DNA of 64,000 nucleotides from a virus. This document shows positions 19,737 through 28,149 of this stretch, piece by piece. The notes under the pieces are model-generated. The model made no database searches, was not told the DNA's origin, and saw nothing but the letters and a program-made list of their open reading frames with translations. Both the position numbers and the translations under genes were made by a program. The stretch lies in the IMG/VR virus record IMGVR_UViG_3300045988_115788; one strand, given 5' to 3'. Within the stretch, counting starts at the first letter, position 1, and every line of letters starts with the position of its first letter.

Positions 19737-19945
19737 AACTAATTACATTTTATAAGATGGGGCCGAATGGTAGAGAATTTGTTAAGGAATTTAATAAGGA
19801 TATTACTTTGCCACTCAAAAATGAGGAAATTAAATTTGAGGGAGACGAGACTGTTTATAACGTCGTAAGAGCTGTTAATATTTATGACGAAGAAGGTAAC
19901 TGTCGTCTTGAATATGAGCTTGTCGAAAGTGGAGAAATTCTATGA
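19733..19945 (+). CDS. hypothetical protein
   Basis: ATG 19733 overlaps the upstream stop (ATGA). Confidence 0.45.
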   Translation: MKLITFYKMGPNGREFVKEFNKDITLPLKNEEIKFEGDETVYNVVRAVNIYDEEGNCRLEYELVESGEIL

Positions 19946-20148
19946 AATTCTACACTATTCAGGACAGAACAAACACTTTTCGACTAAGAGAATACGATGA
20001 TAGAAAAGGTTGCTCACTTGCTAATGACACGACACATGCCCTTAAATTTGAGTCTCGCGTCTTAGCGGCACAATGGATGGCTGAAAACATGCCAGATGCA
20101 GTAGCAAATAACTGGCTTATCGTAGTGGAGGAATATAATGAAAACTAA
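19942..20148 (+). CDS. small protein, member of a repeated small-protein family
   Basis: KFYTIQD...ALKFESRVLAAQWM pattern shared with 20389, 21874, 26478 and 27310. Confidence 0.45.
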   Translation: MKFYTIQDRTNTFRLREYDDRKGCSLANDTTHALKFESRVLAAQWMAENMPDAVANNWLIVVEEYNEN

Positions 20149-20389
20149 ATATATGAGAATGAGTGCAGGAAAAGATTATCAGGTAAAAGCAGACCAACTG
20201 GTAAACATTGTTCAAGATATTGCCGAAACTGCAATTCAGTATGGCATGAGTATTGAAACTGACAAGGAAGCAGAAGATATTGCGGAAAAGAATCTTGATG
20301 AAGCCATGAGCGCTTTTCTGAAACTAACTGGGCTTAATGAATTATACACTATTCTTGAAGGTTATTATGTTAGAAAGGATGAGCTGTAA
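20138..20389 (+). CDS. hypothetical protein
   Basis: 83-aa acidic helical ORF. Confidence 0.45.
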   Translation: MKTKYMRMSAGKDYQVKADQLVNIVQDIAETAIQYGMSIETDKEAEDIAEKNLDEAMSAFLKLTGLNELYTILEGYYVRKDEL

Positions 20390-20721
20390 TGGAAAAGCTA
20401 ATTAACGCAAAAGTTCACGTTGCTGACCTTGGACAAAAAGTTGTTTCTTTTATTTATAATCCAGATTCACCTTTGTCCGAAGAAGAACAAATTTATAGCA
20501 ATCTTGGTATGACTGTATCTAGCACCGAAGAATATGTTAGAAAAGTTTATGTTCTTCGGACTATTGACGGCAAATATATTGGCGAAAGCTTTGACCTCTT
20601 TGAAACTTTTTGTAACAGAGTAAAGCAATTCGCCACTCGCGTTGACGCCATCAAGTGGTGTGAGGCAACTATGTCAGAAGCGCAAATTAGAGAACTAACC
20701 ATTCACGAAGAACAAGTATAA
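20389..20721 (+). CDS. small protein, member of a repeated small-protein family
   Basis: VYVLRTIDGKYI...VKQFATRVDAIKWCE pattern. Confidence 0.45.
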   Translation: MEKLINAKVHVADLGQKVVSFIYNPDSPLSEEEQIYSNLGMTVSSTEEYVRKVYVLRTIDGKYIGESFDLFETFCNRVKQFATRVDAIKWCEATMSEAQIRELTIHEEQV

Positions 20722-20732
20722 AAGGAGAATGA

Positions 20733-21293
20733 ATGGAAGTAGAACTATTACGTTATCCAACTTACGAAGATTGGACAGAAGTAAAGCGCAGAGCGTTGGT
20801 TACTATTGGGCTAAAGCCTGTCAATCCACCAACAAGCGATTGGTGCCACGACATTCTTGAAGCTAGACATAGCCCCATTCGTTACTTACAATTTTCATTT
20901 TATTTGCATAACATTCCTACTTGGGTGGCTACTCATCTTGTAAGACATGTCCACGCACAACCTTATGTAAAATCTCAGAGAAACGACAGACAGGAAGGAT
21001 ATGATAGAAACAAAGCTCCACAAGATGCTCCTGTCGATATGATTCTTGATATGAACGCAGAAGAACTTATGAATATTATGAATAAGAGACTTTGTTTTCA
21101 AGCGTCTCCTGAGACAAGAGAAGTAGTATCCAAGATGCAGACTGCGGTATTAACTGAGTGTCCTGAATTTCAAGGCCTGCTTGTTCCTATGTGCGTCTAT
21201 CATGGCGGCAAGTGTCACGAAATGAAACCATGTAAGGAAATGGCAGCATATAGAAAGGTTTACTCAGAAAGGATGGAAAAACACCCTTTTTAA
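20733..21293 (+). CDS. ThyX-like (flavin-dependent thymidylate synthase family) protein, short and divergent
   Basis: LVRHVHAQPYVKSQRNDRQ resembles the ThyX RHRxxSxxxxSxR signature. At 186 aa it is shorter than canonical ThyX. It lies next to dut. Confidence 0.45.
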   Translation: MEVELLRYPTYEDWTEVKRRALVTIGLKPVNPPTSDWCHDILEARHSPIRYLQFSFYLHNIPTWVATHLVRHVHAQPYVKSQRNDRQEGYDRNKAPQDAPVDMILDMNAEELMNIMNKRLCFQASPETREVVSKMQTAVLTECPEFQGLLVPMCVYHGGKCHEMKPCKEMAAYRKVYSERMEKHPF

Positions 21294-21331
21294 GTAAAAT
21301 AAGCAACTAAAATAAGGAGGAAAATAAAACA

Positions 21332-21877
21332 ATGAATGATATTATGATTACTAAAGGCGGAGTACTTGTAAAGCAACTAATCCAGTTTGCGAAGCTGACG
21401 CCAAAAGCAATTATTCCTAATAAAAAGGACGAAGATGCAGGTTACGATATTTGGGCCTGTATTGAAGAAGATTTCATTAAGATTGACCCTCTTGAATCTG
21501 TTTTGATTCATACTGGTATTTGTACACATTTTCCAGAAGGCTATGTTATGGTTTTAAAGGAACGCAGTAGCACGGGGCTAAAGGGTATCTCTCTACGGTC
21601 AGGCATCATCGACCAAAGTTACGAAGGGGAAATTGGTGTAATTTGGACTAATTGTTCCAATAAGAGTATTTATCTTTCTAATTTGCCAGAAGAAGAGTTA
21701 TACAAGGCCGCACACAGAGAACCTGACTCTTGTACTTACTATAGCACTCAGAAAGCTATCTGTCAGGCTCTACTTTTGCCTGTGGCGAACTTCACTGTAG
21801 ATGAAGTATCCAAGGATGCAATTCAATGCAATGCGTCTGAGCGTGGCTCTAAGGGCTATGGGAGTACCAACAAGTGA
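21332..21877 (+). CDS. dut: dUTP diphosphatase (trimeric dUTPase)
   Basis: Motifs AGYDIWA, KERSSTG and GIIDQSYEGEIGVIW. Confidence 0.85.
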   Translation: MNDIMITKGGVLVKQLIQFAKLTPKAIIPNKKDEDAGYDIWACIEEDFIKIDPLESVLIHTGICTHFPEGYVMVLKERSSTGLKGISLRSGIIDQSYEGEIGVIWTNCSNKSIYLSNLPEEELYKAAHREPDSCTYYSTQKAICQALLLPVANFTVDEVSKDAIQCNASERGSKGYGSTNK

Positions 21878-22068
21878 TGCAAAGATTTTATGCTATCTAT
21901 GATATAAATCGTCGAAAATATTTTACCGAAAACCCTTTTCGTGCGAATAAATTAACCGATTCGGCGCTTGAAGCAAAATGGTTTTGTTCGAGACTTGCGG
22001 CAAGCATGTTTATCAAGCAGCACAAAGAACTACAACATAAAAGCATTCTTTGTATCAGAATTATCTGA
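21874..22068 (+). CDS. small protein, member of a repeated small-protein family
   Basis: RFYAIYDINRRKYF...ALEAKWFCSRLAASMF pattern. Confidence 0.4.
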   Translation: MMQRFYAIYDINRRKYFTENPFRANKLTDSALEAKWFCSRLAASMFIKQHKELQHKSILCIRII

Positions 22069-22091
22069 TTATTGACTTCTTGTGATTAAAA

Positions 22092-22130
22092 AATACCCCT
22101 CTTGGTTAATTCCAGGAAGGGTATTTTTTC
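22092..22130 (+). terminator. rho-independent terminator
   Basis: Imperfect hairpin AATACCCCTCTTGG...CCAGGAAGGGTAT followed by TTTTTT. Confidence 0.6.
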
Positions 22131-22151
22131 AAAAATTCTTAAAGAAAAAGC

Positions 22152-22180
22152 TTGACAAGAATGGTTCTCTATGTTATCAT
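22152..22180 (+). promoter_or_regulatory. sigma-70/SigA-type promoter with extended -10
   Basis: TTGACA (22152-22157), 17-nt spacer, TGtTATCAT (22172-22180). Confidence 0.6.
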
Positions 22181-22215
22181 AACATCAGAAAACAAAAGCA
22201 AAGGAGATGAACTTT

Positions 22216-22593
22216 ATGAAGTTCACTAGAGAAGCCTATCTAAAGTATGTGGAGCAAGTAGAAGAAGAATACGCCGCTCTCTCTGACTGTGAAAGCAGTT
22301 TAGCCAAAGACATACTCAACAAACCTGTACCGAGCTTTGACGGAAGTGTTTGCGTTTGGGGGCTTGATTATGTGGCATATTTCGATTGCGTGCTTTCTGG
22401 TTGTGGACAAGACAATGCAACCTGGACAACCTATATTGGTTTACAAAGTGACGATAGCAACGACTACAGGACATGGGAAGTAAATTGTTGCACGATGGAA
22501 ACGTTCAAAGCATTGATTTACGCTATCTGCAAGTGTAAAAATTTTACACAAGCTGTTGAGGTACTGAAGGGAAGTGATTGGTGTGAAGGTTGA
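22216..22593 (+). CDS. hypothetical protein (first gene of a promoter-defined unit)
   Basis: ATG 22216 has better spacing from AAGGAG than ATG 22207. Confidence 0.45.
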   Translation: MKFTREAYLKYVEQVEEEYAALSDCESSLAKDILNKPVPSFDGSVCVWGLDYVAYFDCVLSGCGQDNATWTTYIGLQSDDSNDYRTWEVNCCTMETFKALIYAICKCKNFTQAVEVLKGSDWCEG

Positions 22594-23032
22594 CGGTGTG
22601 AGAATCCAAACTATAGGACATAGACCCTGGAATATTCCTAATCTGGAAAAAGACGAACAAGGCTCTTATGCTTTGAACGAACCGAACAATAACAGAGCCA
22701 TTGAACGGCCTGAGTTGGTTCAGCTATGCCTCAACTGCACAAAAGAGAATTGCACAGGTCATTGCGAAGAAATCCGCAAACTTGGTGGAACCAGAAACGC
22801 AACCAAAGGAACTGTACAAGGAAGAAAAATTCCTTTGCCCAAAAATTTCAAACAAGTCTTTGAAAGACTTAATAGCCAAAAAGACACAGCCGCTGTGTAC
22901 AAAGTAAGTATCAGCACAGTACGTCGCTGGATGAAAGACTGTAACATCCCGTATCAAAAGGATAGAAAAACAGCACAAAACTACAAAAAGCAAGTACGCG
23001 CAGACGGAAAATTCGGGGGTGTCAAAAAATGA
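22574..23032 (+). CDS. putative DNA-binding protein (C-terminal helix-turn-helix)
   Basis: Contains CLNCTKENCTGHC, then AAVYKVSISTVRRWMKD (HTH-like). The start codon is uncertain. Confidence 0.4.
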   Translation: MIGVKVDGVRIQTIGHRPWNIPNLEKDEQGSYALNEPNNNRAIERPELVQLCLNCTKENCTGHCEEIRKLGGTRNATKGTVQGRKIPLPKNFKQVFERLNSQKDTAAVYKVSISTVRRWMKDCNIPYQKDRKTAQNYKKQVRADGKFGGVKK

Positions 23033-23256
23033 GGCAAAGACGGCATTATATGAAGCCCGTCTGTAAAGACTGTACAGAACGACATACGGCTTGTCACGAC
23101 ACTTGTGAAAAATATTTGGCGGCAAAACAAGAACTCTTCGAGGCCAAATTAAAAGAAACAAAAGATAGTGACATAGATAGATACATTGAAAAAGGTCGAT
23201 ATCAACGCGCCCATTATCGTTTTGAAATGCAAAGAAGGGGCAGAAAAATTTATTGA
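23029..23256 (+). CDS. small Cys/His-rich protein
   Basis: Contains CKDCTERHTACHDTCEKY. Confidence 0.45.
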   Translation: MRQRRHYMKPVCKDCTERHTACHDTCEKYLAAKQELFEAKLKETKDSDIDRYIEKGRYQRAHYRFEMQRRGRKIY

Positions 23257-23263
23257 AGAACTC

Positions 23264-23292
23264 TTGACAAAACAGCAAGAGTGCGATATAAT
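23264..23292 (+). promoter_or_regulatory. sigma-70/SigA-type promoter
   Basis: TTGACA (23264-23269), 17-nt spacer, TATAAT (23287-23292). Confidence 0.6.
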
Positions 23293-23321
23293 AATTCTAT
23301 CAAATTAAGGAGGAATTAAAA

Positions 23322-23573
23322 ATGCCTGAAACATTTGAGTATTGGAACGACCTTGCCCTGAGTGACAACTACAAAGACAGATTCCGAAGCGAGTACAATA
23401 TTCTACTTATTCGGACAAGAAAACTTTCTAATATGCTAAAGAAGTGGGAAGATGGTGAACTTGATTTCACCCCTGACTGCCCTTACCAGCTACTAGAGGA
23501 GCAATGTGTCGTAATGGCTCAATATCTTAGCATCCTTCAAAAACGTGCTAAGTTAGAAAATATTCTACTATAA
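23322..23573 (+). CDS. hypothetical protein
   Basis: 83-aa ORF after AAGGAGG. Confidence 0.5.
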   Translation: MPETFEYWNDLALSDNYKDRFRSEYNILLIRTRKLSNMLKKWEDGELDFTPDCPYQLLEEQCVVMAQYLSILQKRAKLENILL

Positions 23574-23585
23574 GGAGAAACGAAG

Positions 23586-23753
23586 ATGAAGCTAACTATT
23601 GAATTTTCCAAGGATGAAATTCTGAATCTACAGGAAGGCGCAGACGCAGAATATCCTAAGTATCTGCTAGAAGTTGCAACCAATATGCTAACTACAGTTA
23701 TTGGCAACAATACTAATGGTAGTCTGAAGAAGGTCACTATCGAGGAGGCATGA
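23586..23753 (+). CDS. small hypothetical protein (55 aa, below tool cutoff)
   Basis: ATG 23586 follows AAGGAG. Fills the gap between 23573 and 23750. Confidence 0.35.
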   Translation: MKLTIEFSKDEILNLQEGADAEYPKYLLEVATNMLTTVIGNNTNGSLKKVTIEEA

Positions 23754-24127
23754 TAATGAAGTTTGATTTTACTGAACTAAGAGACATGATTGATGATATA
23801 CTAGAAGAGTATGTAAATTCTCGCGAAAATGCTGTGGATATTACAGCGGAGAAGGCGCACGAAGCTAGAATGAAGAGTGTAGGAACCGAAGTGCCTTTCT
23901 TTTCTTACGGCGTATATCATTATCGCCTTTTTTCCGATGATTGCGATTTCTGTTTCTACCAGTGGAGAACAGAGCAGTATTTTAATTTCTCTGTAGGGGA
24001 TTACATTGAATCCGACATCATTGGAGAAAGAAGCGAAGGAAGATGGTTGATTAAGTTAATTAGCTATAATATTGAACCTGACGAAGATATTATGATTGAT
24101 ATTAACGTAGAATTTGAACCATACTAA
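23750..24127 (+). CDS. hypothetical acidic protein
   Basis: 125-aa ORF after GAGGAGG. An alternative start is ATG 23756. Confidence 0.5.
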   Translation: MIMKFDFTELRDMIDDILEEYVNSRENAVDITAEKAHEARMKSVGTEVPFFSYGVYHYRLFSDDCDFCFYQWRTEQYFNFSVGDYIESDIIGERSEGRWLIKLISYNIEPDEDIMIDINVEFEPY

Positions 24128-24139
24128 AGGAGGAAAAAT

Positions 24140-24487
24140 ATGTCTGCCGTAACCTATCGTCACCCTACTGTTGACCCTGAAGTTCTAGCTATTATTGGTG
24201 ATAACTACATGATTGATGCTCATCATCTTGTTGTATTATCCAGGGAAGAACATTATTTTCATCAAAATGCTTCCCTGACTTATCTTGTGGAAGGATACGT
24301 TGAGTGCGACGTTACTGCACGTCCGTTAATTTTTTGGTATCAGATGATGCACTTTCCTTGCTCCGAGCAGGAATGGAGAGTAGATATTGTTCCTTATACC
24401 TGCGATGGTACCAAGATGAAAGAACTTCGTGATGTTAGTGTCAATCTAGTATACGGAGAACCTATGCCTAGAGTAACAAATCAGTAA
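24140..24487 (+). CDS. hypothetical protein
   Basis: 115-aa ORF after AAGGAGG. Confidence 0.5.
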   Translation: MSAVTYRHPTVDPEVLAIIGDNYMIDAHHLVVLSREEHYFHQNASLTYLVEGYVECDVTARPLIFWYQMMHFPCSEQEWRVDIVPYTCDGTKMKELRDVSVNLVYGEPMPRVTNQ

Positions 24488-24490
24488 TAA

Positions 24491-24530
24491 AAATACCCTC
24501 TTGAACAATATCAAGAGGGTATTTTCTTTA
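24491..24530 (+). terminator. rho-independent terminator
   Basis: Perfect 14-bp stem AAATACCCTCTTGA/TCAAGAGGGTATTT with a 6-nt loop, followed by a T-rich tract. Confidence 0.8.
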
Positions 24531-24547
24531 ATTTTTTTAAAAAAGAC

Positions 24548-24576
24548 TTGACAAGCTGAAATTTTAATGATACAAT
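24548..24576 (+). promoter_or_regulatory. sigma-70/SigA-type promoter with extended -10
   Basis: TTGACA (24548-24553), 17-nt spacer, TGaTACAAT (24568-24576). Confidence 0.6.
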
Positions 24577-24624
24577 AAAGACACAAATAAAGGAGGTAAC
24601 ACGCATTGAAGAAGGTGAATAAAA

Positions 24625-25215
24625 ATGGCTTGGTATCTTGATGTAGGTGACAACTGTTGTTACGCAGACCACGAAGTAAAGGCATGGCGTTGGTGGAAAA
24701 ATGGAATCATTGCTTTTGACAAATGGGCCAAAGAGCATAACATTCATTGCGAGCATAAACAGGACGAAGATTTTGGCGAGGGTTTTGATGAAATCATATT
24801 CTATGACCACTACGCCGATACTCGCAATGATGAAATTGTTATCTTCAAAGCAATGGATGAAGACCTTGTTCTTATCTATAATCCACGCATCGAAGAAACT
24901 GGATGTTTCCCCTTTGATGTAGAAAGTATTGAAGATTTCCATAAAAACTATCTCTGGTATGAAGGATATGATGAAGAATGGGAATGGAATGAAGAAGGTT
25001 TCAAGAGTTTCAGTCTTTGGGCGAAAGAACACGACATTCAGTTTGCTAGAGCCACATGGGACAAAGAAAAACATGAAGACCTTTTAAAGTTCCCTATTTA
25101 TACAGACAGGCACAACATAGTAATACAACTTATCTTGCGGCCTGGAGATATTCTTCATTATTCTCATGATAAAAGAGCAAATGGGGAATTTCCGTTTAGT
25201 ATAGGAGGAGAGTGA
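24625..25215 (+). CDS. highly acidic protein with internal duplication
   Basis: 196 aa, D/E/W-rich. The segment (A/S)F(D/S)xWAKEH(N/D)I occurs twice. First gene after the promoter at 24548. Confidence 0.5.
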   Translation: MAWYLDVGDNCCYADHEVKAWRWWKNGIIAFDKWAKEHNIHCEHKQDEDFGEGFDEIIFYDHYADTRNDEIVIFKAMDEDLVLIYNPRIEETGCFPFDVESIEDFHKNYLWYEGYDEEWEWNEEGFKSFSLWAKEHDIQFARATWDKEKHEDLLKFPIYTDRHNIVIQLILRPGDILHYSHDKRANGEFPFSIGGE

Positions 25216-25511
25216 TGAAACATTCCGTAATGACAAATTCATGTGTTTACATTTATCGCAATTATGATGATGATGGTTTAGTGCCAGAATATCTTGATGT
25301 AAGAGAATATTATGGAACTATTCTATGTCGTTGGTGTACTTATGTACATGATGCAACAGCCTTTAATAGTCTAAAAGAAACAAAACATTATATTGCCAAG
25401 TATATTGAGAAATTTGGCAATATAAAATATCACTTTGCTTTCATGGAGCCTGTTATTGTAATGAAAGATTATTATAGCCATGAAATTTTAGAAGAAGTAG
25501 AAGGTGGATAA
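25212..25511 (+). CDS. hypothetical protein
   Basis: 99-aa ORF with an ATGA overlap. Confidence 0.45.
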   Translation: MMKHSVMTNSCVYIYRNYDDDGLVPEYLDVREYYGTILCRWCTYVHDATAFNSLKETKHYIAKYIEKFGNIKYHFAFMEPVIVMKDYYSHEILEEVEGG

Positions 25512-25513
25512 AA

Positions 25514-26240
25514 ATGAGATATTTAGGTTCAAAAACAAAAATCGCTAAAGATATTGTACCAATTATTCAATCCTATATTGACAATAATAGTATTGAACAA
25601 TATTGGGAGCCATTTGTTGGTGGCGCTAACATTATTGATAAAATCAACTGTAAAGTTAGAGTAGGTACAGACATTCATCCACAGTTAATTGCTTTACTTC
25701 AACAAGCACAAACTGATATTTCTGTATTTCCCGATACAATCAGCGAAGAAGAATATAAAGAAGTCAAGAATAACAAAGATAAATACCCAGATTGGTATGT
25801 TGGTCTTGTAGGATTTTGTAGTTTTGGTTCTAAATACTGGGGGGGGGTATAGAAGAAGCTATGACAAAGAAGGCAGAGCCAAAGATGAAACGAAAGGTGT
25901 AATCAGCAATATCAAAAAGCAAGCTCTTAATTTAAAAGATATTAGCTTTAATTGTCTTGATTATAGTTTATGTACACCATACAATCTTCATCGAAGAACA
26001 TTGATTTATTGCGACCCTCCATATAAAGACACAACAAAATACTCTGGCACAAAACTTTTTGATTATGATAAATTTTATAATTGGTGTAAAATGATGTCAG
26101 ATGCAGGACATATTGTGATTGTAAGTGAATATGATATGCCAAAAGAATTTACATGTATCTGGCAGAAGGAAATTAAGTGTATGGTTGACAAAAATGGAAG
26201 CAATAGAACAGAAAGGATTGAAAAACTTTGGCTACTTTAA
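25514..26240 (+). CDS. dam: N6-adenine DNA methyltransferase (Dam-like), reading frame broken at a G9 tract
   Basis: N-terminal part has RYLGSK and EPFVGGANI (AdoMet binding). C-terminal part has CDPPYKDT (DPPY catalytic motif). The two tool ORFs (25514-25852 and 25824-26240) overlap at GGGGGGGGG 25839-25847. Removing one G fuses them into ...KYWGGYRRSYDKEG.... Confidence 0.8.
25839..25847 (+). repeat. G9 homopolymer inside dam (candidate slipped-strand switch or assembly error)
   Basis: Counted directly: ctGGGGGGGGGtat. Confidence 0.9.
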
Positions 26241-26461
26241 AATGCACAGCACAAATAAAATATGTGGTACGAATCACTTTTTCAGATAAAAAAGAGTATT
26301 ATCTTGCGCCTAGTGTATATAAAGCAAAAAGACTTGAGGAAAATCCTTATAGAGGGTTTCAATATAGCTTACCAGAAGCTCAGAGCATCTGTGAAGAATA
26401 TAAAGAAAAGTATCCTGACTGTATTGTTGAAGCTGTTAAAATTTTGGCGCATGAGGCATAA
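26228..26461 (+). CDS. small protein, paralog of 27586-27801
   Basis: KYVVRITFSDKKEYY...LPEAQSICEEYKEKYPD compares with KYLVKVTLFDGNEYY...LKEANAVSQEFKKYYPE. Confidence 0.5.
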   Translation: MATLKCTAQIKYVVRITFSDKKEYYLAPSVYKAKRLEENPYRGFQYSLPEAQSICEEYKEKYPDCIVEAVKILAHEA

Positions 26462-26477
26462 CGGAAAATAAAGCAAC

Positions 26478-26963
26478 ATGAAAAATTCTCAAGGAAAAGG
26501 CGAATGGATTAGTATTCCTATGCTAGAGCCGCCATATAATATTGAAGATTTTGAATACAGTGATGAACCTGCTTGGTCAGACCCAGAGGAGTTGGCTATG
26601 AAAACATATTTTGTACTAAAAGACCCATACGGAAATTGTTGGTTCAAAGACACACGAAATGGCGAATCGAAATACTTTTCAGATGGAGGAAATACATATT
26701 ATCATCCAAATATGTGTCTAAGATTCAAGACACTAGAAGAAGCTGAATTAGAAGCTATGAATATTATAAATCAAGAAACTTATGTCAACATGCCAGGAAA
26801 TATCAATAAAGTATTTATTGAAATTATGGTAGTTGATGAGGAAAAAGAACAAGAATATGCAGACTCAGTATTTGTTGATACAATGTTTAATAAAGCAAAA
26901 GAAGAAGCACATAAAGATTATGAAGAAATGAAAAACGAAAAATTAAAAAACAAGCAAAAATAA
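26478..26963 (+). CDS. hypothetical protein containing the repeated small-protein domain
   Basis: KTYFVLKDPYGNCWF...LRFKTLEEAELEAMNI matches 27310-27483. Confidence 0.5.
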   Translation: MKNSQGKGEWISIPMLEPPYNIEDFEYSDEPAWSDPEELAMKTYFVLKDPYGNCWFKDTRNGESKYFSDGGNTYYHPNMCLRFKTLEEAELEAMNIINQETYVNMPGNINKVFIEIMVVDEEKEQEYADSVFVDTMFNKAKEEAHKDYEEMKNEKLKNKQK

Positions 26964-27061
26964 TAAAGTGGTTTAGAGGACACTAATAAAACATACATAT
27001 TACTCAAAGAAAGAAGTAAAAAAGAAAAATTAGCATTAGACCCATAAAGGAAACTATTTAA

Positions 27062-27313
27062 ATGGAAAAATTAAAATATAAAAGAAAATACACTTACAAA
27101 TCTTGTGATGCTACATTTTATTATGGCAAAAGAGGATTGAAATTAGTCATTATTCAAGATAGCAAAACCAAAAAGATAGTTGAGATATTAATAGAAGAAG
27201 AATTTGACAAGTGTTATGAAAGAGATTATGAAGTGTATGATAAAGTGATAGATGATATTAAAAGTGGGAAAGGATTGAAAAAACGTAAACATAGAAAGGA
27301 TGAAGGCACATGA
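27062..27313 (+). CDS. hypothetical basic protein
   Basis: 83-aa ORF. Confidence 0.45.
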   Translation: MEKLKYKRKYTYKSCDATFYYGKRGLKLVIIQDSKTKKIVEILIEEEFDKCYERDYEVYDKVIDDIKSGKGLKKRKHRKDEGT

Positions 27314-27483
27314 ACATCAAAACTTACTATGTATTAAAGTCAGAAAATGGAGGGTACTGGACTTACGACAATTACTTCAAGGAGTACAAACGATTTCTTT
27401 TAGGCCCTATGAATCGACAGAAGCTACTCAAATTTTCATCCTTAGAAGACGCACAGAAAGAAGCAATCAAAATCATGGAATAA
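27310..27483 (+). CDS. small protein (57 aa), member of the repeated family
   Basis: Hand translation gives MNIKTYYVLKSENGGYWTY...LKFSSLEDAQKEAIKIME. ATG overlaps the upstream stop (ATGA). Preferred over tool ORF 27300-27491, which is in another frame. Confidence 0.45.
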   Translation: MNIKTYYVLKSENGGYWTYDNYFKEYKRFLLGPMNRQKLLKFSSLEDAQKEAIKIME

Positions 27484-27585
27484 AAATATGAAATGATATT
27501 TGTTGAAACAGTATTTGATAATTGGTAAGTATAACTAACGAAATGTTATAAAAAACTACGAAGCGATAGAAAAGGATGAAACAAC

Positions 27586-27801
27586 ATGGAAAAATATCTA
27601 GTAAAAGTAACTCTTTTTGACGGAAATGAATACTACGTTTGTAAAGGATTTTTTACAAAATATACTCTTGATTCAAATATTTCTAATGGGATTCATTTTG
27701 ATTTAAAAGAGGCTAACGCAGTTAGTCAAGAATTTAAAAAATATTATCCTGAATACGAAGTGCGACTAAGTAAAGTAGATTACGAGAAAGAAGAATTTTA
27801 G
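27586..27801 (+). CDS. small protein, paralog of 26228-26461
   Basis: See 26228-26461. Confidence 0.5.
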   Translation: MEKYLVKVTLFDGNEYYVCKGFFTKYTLDSNISNGIHFDLKEANAVSQEFKKYYPEYEVRLSKVDYEKEEF

Positions 27802-27822
27802 CATTGGGACACAATTTGGGAT

Positions 27823-28038
27823 ATGGAAAGGGCCGCAAATGACTTATTCAATTTTTTAAATTATAAAATCAAATATTTTCCAGATGAAACATTTTATACA
27901 TGGTATGTATATACTGATTGCAGATGTCGTTGTTTGCTAGTAGAACAAAAAGTAGAAGGAATTTCAAAAGGCTTTTATCATGTATATGAAAATGATGTTG
28001 TTAGTGTGACAAGCAAAAAAATAACAAAAGAATTATGA
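27823..28038 (+). CDS. hypothetical protein
   Basis: 71-aa ORF. Last + strand gene before the convergence point. Confidence 0.4.
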   Translation: MERAANDLFNFLNYKIKYFPDETFYTWYVYTDCRCRCLLVEQKVEGISKGFYHVYENDVVSVTSKKITKEL

Positions 28039-28103
28039 TTTACTCTAAAAATGGAACGATTCTAAGAGTGTTTAATGGATAAATAATAATATAGCGTAAA
28101 AAA

Positions 28104-28131
28104 TACCCCTAGAGAATTATCTCTAGGGGTA
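28104..28131 (-). terminator. rho-independent terminator at the convergence point (U-tract on the - strand)
   Basis: Stem TACCCCTAGAG/CTCTAGGGGTA with a 6-nt loop. A-run on the + side gives TTTTTT downstream on the - strand. It lies 19 nt past the stop of the 28150-29205 gene. Confidence 0.7.
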
Positions 28132-28149
28132 AAATTATATTATGTTTTA

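Noticed and set aside
27300-27491. Tool ORF 27300-27491 (MKAHEHQNLL...)
   Set aside because: The overlapping frame 27310-27483 encodes a protein with clear similarity to 26478-26963 and has an ATGA-coupled start. The tool ORF has no such support.
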